From positions 128,001-192,000 of the forward strand of contig CAWAUM010000012.1 of assembly GCA_963785235.1 (NCBI GenBank): a DNA stretch of 64,000 nt, read 5' to 3'. This DNA comes from an uncultured delta proteobacterium (lineage in GTDB: Bacteria > Desulfobacterota > Desulfomonilia > UBA1062). Shown here in pieces: positions 59,142 to 64,000 of the stretch. How positions within the stretch are numbered: position 1 is the stretch's first letter; every line of letters begins with the position of its first letter. The notes beneath the pieces were generated by a model. That model was not told where the DNA came from. It saw only the letters and a list, made by a program, of their open reading frames with translations, and ran no database searches. The position numbers and the translations under genes are program-made.

Positions 59142-59813
59142 TCAGAAGCCGCACCAGGTGGTGAGGTTTCTGATGTCCTCCCTTGGGCTTTCGACCTGGT
59201 TGGCCGGAAAATCCCAGTCCGGATATCCTATGGCAATCGAGATAATAATGCGCTTTGTGTCCGGGACATTTATTACAGAGCGTATGTTCTCTGGATACAT
59301 CACGCCCTGATCCTCGATGCATGTACCAAGCCCATACTCAAGGGCGGCAAGGCATATGGTCTGCATAACCGCGCCCATGTCCATGAGCGGGCCTGCATCG
59401 GTGAGCGCGGTATCGGTGAGAAGTATAATGGCTGCAGGAGCATCAAAAAAGCGGAAACCCCTCTCCATCCAGGCAGCCCGCTTGGCCTTGTCCTCCCTGG
59501 GGATGTCCATACGATGGAAGATCCTTTTCGCCACTTCAACCTGCCGCTCGCGATACACGCTTTTGTCAGACCACCCGGTAATTGTATGCTCGGGATGTAT
59601 CATGACCCCGCTCTGGAGCATCCTTGCATTCCTAACAGCGATTTCTCTGAGCATGTCTCCCGCAATCACAAGGAATTCCCAGGGCTGGGTGTTCATGGTG
59701 GAAGGCGCCCTGCAGGCAGTCTGAAGGATCTTCTCCAGGACCTCCTGTGATACAGGATCAGGTTTGAAGCCCCGTATGCTTTTCCTGCTCCTTATGGCTT
59801 CTGTGATGTCCAT
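59142..59813 (-). CDS. Nitroreductase family protein
   Basis: RKSIRGF, APSTMNTQPW, GLGTC, IAIGYP. Confidence 0.92.
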   Translation of the reverse strand: MDITEAIRSRKSIRGFKPDPVSQEVLEKILQTACRAPSTMNTQPWEFLVIAGDMLREIAVRNARMLQSGVMIHPEHTITGWSDKSVYRERQVEVAKRIFHRMDIPREDKAKRAAWMERGFRFFDAPAAIILLTDTALTDAGPLMDMGAVMQTICLAALEYGLGTCIEDQGVMYPENIRSVINVPDTKRIIISIAIGYPDWDFPANQVESPREDIRNLTTWCGF

Positions 59814-59832
59814 TTATCCCCCTAAACCTTTT

Positions 59833-60408
59833 TCAGAACCGTTCAACAATGATTTCTTCAAGCGAGCGCTTGGGCACATGGTGAACGCCTTTATCATCCC
59901 GATGGTATTTGATGTCTACCCCTGGCCCAGCCGCCTCGATCCGGACCTCTTCTGCGGGTTTGCCCAGGGCAATGACAAGGAGGATTTCAAAATGTTCAGG
60001 GATATTCAGCGCTGCCATAAGCCCTTTCCTGTTGATGGCTGCGATCATGCACCCGCCGAGCCCCTGTTCCACAGCACCCAGGAGGATGGTTTGGGCTGCA
60101 ATCCCGTGGTTGCACCAGAAGTTCGTTGTTATTTGTGTGTCTCCTAAGATTATGATGTAGGCAGAAGGCCTCTGGCCCTCATCAGGGCCCGGCCAGTCCT
60201 TGAGGTATGCGGCCCATCCGAGATGGGGGAATATGGAGGCATTCGTCATCGTATCGGCAGAAACAAAAAATTTGAGTGGCTGCATATTGGCGGCCGAGGG
60301 AGCCAGGCGTGCAAGGTCTACCCATGCCTTGAGCTCATCTTTCGTGATCGTATGGTCCTGGTAAAACCGCCGGTATGATCTGTTCCTTATGACAATATCA
60401 CGTAACAT
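59833..60408 (-). CDS. Nitroreductase family protein
   Basis: RSYRRF, APSAANMQPL, GLGGC, HHVPKR. Confidence 0.92.
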   Translation of the reverse strand: MLRDIVIRNRSYRRFYQDHTITKDELKAWVDLARLAPSAANMQPLKFFVSADTMTNASIFPHLGWAAYLKDWPGPDEGQRPSAYIIILGDTQITTNFWCNHGIAAQTILLGAVEQGLGGCMIAAINRKGLMAALNIPEHFEILLVIALGKPAEEVRIEAAGPGVDIKYHRDDKGVHHVPKRSLEEIIVERF

Positions 60409-60485
60409 AAATTACCTCCCTGCCTTTTGTGGGAATTGATTTATGCCGCTTCTTCCCTGAAAGGTATTGCACCCGAATGCGCCCC

Positions 60486-61325
60486 CTACAGGCGCTTGTC
60501 TTTCGCGCCGGGCCGGATACGGTTCCACTCCGAGCCCATGGGGCATGCCTTCATGCACTCAATGCAGTTGTCCACGTCCGTGATCATGGTCTGGCCGAAC
60601 TCCACCATGAAATCCCTTCGGCGGTTGTGCGCCAGAAGCATCTTGATGTATGCAGGCCATTCGCCGAGCTTTTTGGGCGGCACCCGATTGAAACCCCAGG
60701 TCCAGTAGTGAAAGCACGGGTCCACATTATATGCTCCATCCTTCAGGGCACCCACGGGACATGCGAGCTCGCACCGCCTGCACCCGTCCGGGCATGGATC
60801 ATATCCCTTGGGGACATCCGCTTCAAGCGGCAACTCGGTTATTATGGCGCAGAGCCTCACATGGGGCCCGAAACGCTCGGTAATGAGCAGGTTCGACCTG
60901 CCGATGGATCCCAGGCCCGCACTCATGGCCGCATGTTTGAGTGAAAGCTGGCCCAGGACCTTGGTATGGACCAGCTCCCTGTCCGTATCAGGGTTTCGCT
61001 TGTGGATCTCCACGGGTTTGTCGGCCGATATGGGCAATGAGAGAAAACCGCTATGTTCCAGGTAGCGGCCTACCTTCTCTGCAACCTCATCCAGCAGCCT
61101 TGATGTCTGCATCTTGTTCCTGGTCCAGAGCTTGAGGTCAGGCGCATAGACCGCCCCCAGGCTGTGGGGAACGGCCATGACGATCACGCTTTTCGCTGTG
61201 GGCATGAGTGCCAGGGCAGGCCTTGCCGGGCGGGCCAGGAGCAGGTCTTCTGCCCTGGCAATGCCCACCAGGTCAATTCCCTCTGAGAGGATCATCTGCT
61301 TGATGGATGCTGAATTAATTTCCAT
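60486..61325 (-). CDS. QueG/reductive-dehalogenase-like 4Fe-4S protein
   Basis: LSLKHAAMSAGLGSIGRSNL, FGPHVRL, CPDGCRRCELACPVGA, C..CMKACP. Confidence 0.8.
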   Translation of the reverse strand: MEINSASIKQMILSEGIDLVGIARAEDLLLARPARPALALMPTAKSVIVMAVPHSLGAVYAPDLKLWTRNKMQTSRLLDEVAEKVGRYLEHSGFLSLPISADKPVEIHKRNPDTDRELVHTKVLGQLSLKHAAMSAGLGSIGRSNLLITERFGPHVRLCAIITELPLEADVPKGYDPCPDGCRRCELACPVGALKDGAYNVDPCFHYWTWGFNRVPPKKLGEWPAYIKMLLAHNRRRDFMVEFGQTMITDVDNCIECMKACPMGSEWNRIRPGAKDKRL

Positions 61326-62040
61326 GTTTCTCCCTCGACTTCTGTAGGTTTTTCAGGAACGGTTTATAGAGAAAGCTCTTCTCATCCAGAGAGCACAGCT
61401 GTTCGAACATGGGCATTGTCACGGACAGGGCCAGGATGTCAGGCGGCAGCCACTGCCGCATGGCTACGTCAGTGGCGCCGATACAAGCCTGGGGCATGGC
61501 AAGGTTCTCAAACACCGTGATCATCTCCATGCAGCCTGACCCGAAGGGCGCTATCACGGCAGGCGGGTCGCCCGGGGCGTTTCGGTAGTGCGCACCGATA
61601 ATCAGGGCGCTCAGCTGGTCGGGGTTCACAAAAAAGGTCACGGTTTTCAGATACCCTTCCTTGCCAGCATGCAGGGGTCCGATGAGGATGTTGGGATGCT
61701 CCGGCTTATAGGTCCTGCGATTGTCAATCCACTTGCCCATGATCTCATGATCGGCCTTCAGACCCTCGGTGTCTGCCAGAAAAGTTATGTATTCATCCCG
61801 GCTGCGGGTGGCCACACTGCACAGGGCTGTGCCTGCCCCACCACAGCCGAAGTTGTCTTTTGTTATGAGCAGGGTCTTTCCATCAAGCCACTGCCTATAA
61901 AAGGCAAAGACACATACATGCTTCTTCGGTTCGGGGGCCACCAACGGTTCGAACCCTGACATATCCGGTGCATCATAGAAACCCATTAGGGGTATCTTGA
62001 TGCCAAGGCGTTCAATGAGTCTGGAAGGGTCGTGTTTCAT
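61315..62040 (-). CDS. DUF169-family protein
   Basis: CV, FGCGGA, F.VNPDQLSAL, PFGSGC, GATD..R. Confidence 0.7.
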   Translation of the reverse strand: MKHDPSRLIERLGIKIPLMGFYDAPDMSGFEPLVAPEPKKHVCVFAFYRQWLDGKTLLITKDNFGCGGAGTALCSVATRSRDEYITFLADTEGLKADHEIMGKWIDNRRTYKPEHPNILIGPLHAGKEGYLKTVTFFVNPDQLSALIIGAHYRNAPGDPPAVIAPFGSGCMEMITVFENLAMPQACIGATDVAMRQWLPPDILALSVTMPMFEQLCSLDEKSFLYKPFLKNLQKSREKHGN

Positions 62041-62125
62041 GGATCCTCCTTTCTTGATCTATGCAAGTTGATCTCTCAAGTCCTTTGATCGCAAGGGATA
62101 TCGATCCGGCAATGCTTAAAAGCCC

Positions 62126-63214
62126 TCATTTGTCCATGGGCATGAGATGTTCCATCAGGGCCGCCTTCTCGAAGCTCTCAGGGTCCCACCTGGGCCTATC
62201 ATCCTTGTCAATGAGACGGGAGCGGACCCCTTCCCTGAAATCATGCTGCGCCATCAGATATCTCGCGACCAGCAGGTCTGCCTGAAAGACCTCGGCCAGG
62301 TCCCTGCCCTCGTCCCGGCGCAGACACTTGAGTGTGACAAACACGGCGTTCGGCGAACGCTCTGAGAGCCTCCTGAAGACCCCTTCACAGAGATCACTGA
62401 GTATGCTGCAGGCCTTCAACGAATTCAGGATCTCGAGTACGGAGTTCTTTCCGGCAAAATACTCTTCGACCCACTTGTCCATTTCCAGGTTAACCGGTAT
62501 GTCTTTTTCCTCAAGGGGACTAAGGTGTTCCTTCAGGCAAGCGGCCGCAACGCTACGCTCAGCAGGCAGGTCTCCGGCATGGTGTTTTATGATCTCCAGG
62601 GCACCTTCCAGCCTTGATGCAGGGATGAGACAGTTTGCCAGCCCGATACGGACGCATTCGGTGCCCGTCATCTCATAACCGGTGAGGCCAAGGAATTCAG
62701 GATACCCCTTGCCGCACTTCAGAAACAGCCATCCTGTTGACCCTACATCCGGAAAAAAACCGATGCGCGTCTCAGGCATGGCCATGCGCGTGGTTTCACT
62801 TGCTATGGTGATGTCCGCCCCGGAAGATATCCCAAGACCTCCGCCCATGGTAATACCGCGTGCAAAGACCACAACAGGCTTGGGATACCGGTGGATGGCA
62901 AGGTCAAGGTCATTCTCTTCTTCAAGGAACGCCATGGCGGGTTCAAGATTACTTTCCGTCACTGCCCGGGCCATCAACTTGATGTCGCCCCCGGCGCAAA
63001 AACCTCTCTCGCCCGCACCGCTGATGATGATGAGTTTTACTGCATCGTTGGTCCTGGCCTTATCCAGCACCCCTGCTATGATGCGTATCATGTCCAGGGT
63101 GAGACTGTTTATGACTTCGGGGCGGTTGAGGATTATATGCACAAAAGAATCTGAGTGTTCAACGAGTACCGGTTGAGTTGTCGAATCAGTTACTCTATTC
63201 ATGTCAAGCACCAA
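62126..63214 (-). CDS. 3-hydroxyisobutyryl-CoA hydrolase-like enoyl-CoA hydratase family protein
   Basis: LNRP..INSL, FCAGGD, GITMGGG, AMPETRIGFFPDVG, DFREGVR..LIDKD..P.W. Confidence 0.9.
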   Translation of the reverse strand: MVLDMNRVTDSTTQPVLVEHSDSFVHIILNRPEVINSLTLDMIRIIAGVLDKARTNDAVKLIIISGAGERGFCAGGDIKLMARAVTESNLEPAMAFLEEENDLDLAIHRYPKPVVVFARGITMGGGLGISSGADITIASETTRMAMPETRIGFFPDVGSTGWLFLKCGKGYPEFLGLTGYEMTGTECVRIGLANCLIPASRLEGALEIIKHHAGDLPAERSVAAACLKEHLSPLEEKDIPVNLEMDKWVEEYFAGKNSVLEILNSLKACSILSDLCEGVFRRLSERSPNAVFVTLKCLRRDEGRDLAEVFQADLLVARYLMAQHDFREGVRSRLIDKDDRPRWDPESFEKAALMEHLMPMDK

Positions 63215-63277
63215 ACCTTAAACTCTTTTGAAGGATACAAAAGCTTGGTCAGCGGAAAAGCCCATCAGGCTTTATCC

Positions 63278-64000
63278 TCAGCTGCCGAACAACTCCTTCA
63301 TGCGCGTGAGCAGGGTGAGATCACCTTGCGCTGTATACCTTTCCTTCATGAATGCATCCTGGCCGTCGGTTTTTTTCGTAAAAATATCCATCCAAACCTC
63401 AAAGGGGGCCTTCACTACCAGATCGGGCCTTGAGGCCGGTTCAATGGATTCATCAATACCGTCTCCCGAGATGGAAAAAGAGCATGAGCCTGTCTGTTCC
63501 CCCGTGAAGTCGAACTGGAGCACGGCATTTGTGTTACCTGCCGTTTCAGGTTTGTAGGCCATCTTCATGAGCAGGGCAAAATCCTCGATGGTCTCGGGCC
63601 TGGGGAGCGAGCCTTTTGCCCTCATCTCCTCAGGGGTCATCTTCTCCCTGATGCAGGTCTTCCAGAAAATATTGGCAGCCCTGGCCATAACCTTTTTATC
63701 CCCAATGGGCTGGGTGATGCGATCCATGGTTTCCTGCCCAATCTTCATGGTTTTCACAAGTTCCTCACCCGCTTGCGCGAGGGCTGCCAGGATGTCGTCT
63801 TGCACCTTCCTGTTCGGCCCCAATACAAGAGCCTCGGCTGCAGGACGATAGATCTCTGCGATGAGGCCTTTGCTGTACATGAAACGCATATGGTTTGAGA
63901 GCTGGTCAAACACCAGCATCTCGGAAAAGCCTGCCACAGAGAGGACCACAACCGCCGGGTGCCGCAAGCGCAGCGGATGGTAGCTCACGCCCTTCTTCTC
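63278..64000 (-). CDS. Flavodoxin/FMN-reductase-like protein with C-terminal SCP2 domain (5' end outside window)
   Basis: 'VLSVAGF', C-terminal 'LQFDFTGE...DL.V.A...W..I.....DGQ.AFM..RY...GD..LL'. Confidence 0.7.
   Translation of the reverse strand, partial: EKKGVSYHPLRLRHPAVVVLSVAGFSEMLVFDQLSNHMRFMYSKGLIAEIYRPAAEALVLGPNRKVQDDILAALAQAGEELVKTMKIGQETMDRITQPIGDKKVMARAANIFWKTCIREKMTPEEMRAKGSLPRPETIEDFALLMKMAYKPETAGNTNAVLQFDFTGEQTGSCSFSISGDGIDESIEPASRPDLVVKAPFEVWMDIFTKKTDGQDAFMKERYTAQGDLTLLTRMKELFGS

Noticed and set aside
1-64000. tRNA, rRNA, CRISPR array, prophage or integron
   Set aside because: No cloverleaf, rRNA-like stretch, repeat-spacer array, phage structural gene or integrase was recognised by eye; tRNAscan-SE/Infernal would be needed to exclude small RNAs

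Overview
A 64 kb chromosomal window from a moderately GC-rich anaerobe. Gene content suggests Desulfobacterota/Syntrophales (inference). All family assignments come from motif recognition, not database searches. The main feature is a ~16.4 kb, 12-gene minus-strand operon (32492-48860) behind a sigma54-type promoter. It joins a MotA/TolQ/ExbB + 2x ExbD/TolR motor and GltF-, GltG/J-, GltA/B/H-, GltC- and GltD/E-like genes (the myxobacterial Agl-Glt core) to four exported, adhesin-like genes resembling the Myxococcus Mts cohesion proteins (beta-rich lipoprotein, thrombospondin-3 protein, VWA lipoprotein, PPC-repeat lipoprotein). Also present are an SCP2-fused glycyl radical enzyme divergent from a GpsA-like gene, a giant cyclic beta-1,2-glucan synthase, and a degenerate IS110/IS1111 element with sub-terminal IRs, a junction promoter and a structured 3' non-coding end (bridge-RNA candidate). 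The rest includes a duplicated long palindromic element, nifS-nifU-cysE, tex, a cold-shock gene, an ECF sigma module, 2-hydroxyacyl-CoA dehydratase subunits and CoA/redox enzymes. Many genes are split by single-base indels that look like sequencing errors. No rRNA, tRNA or CRISPR array was recognised.
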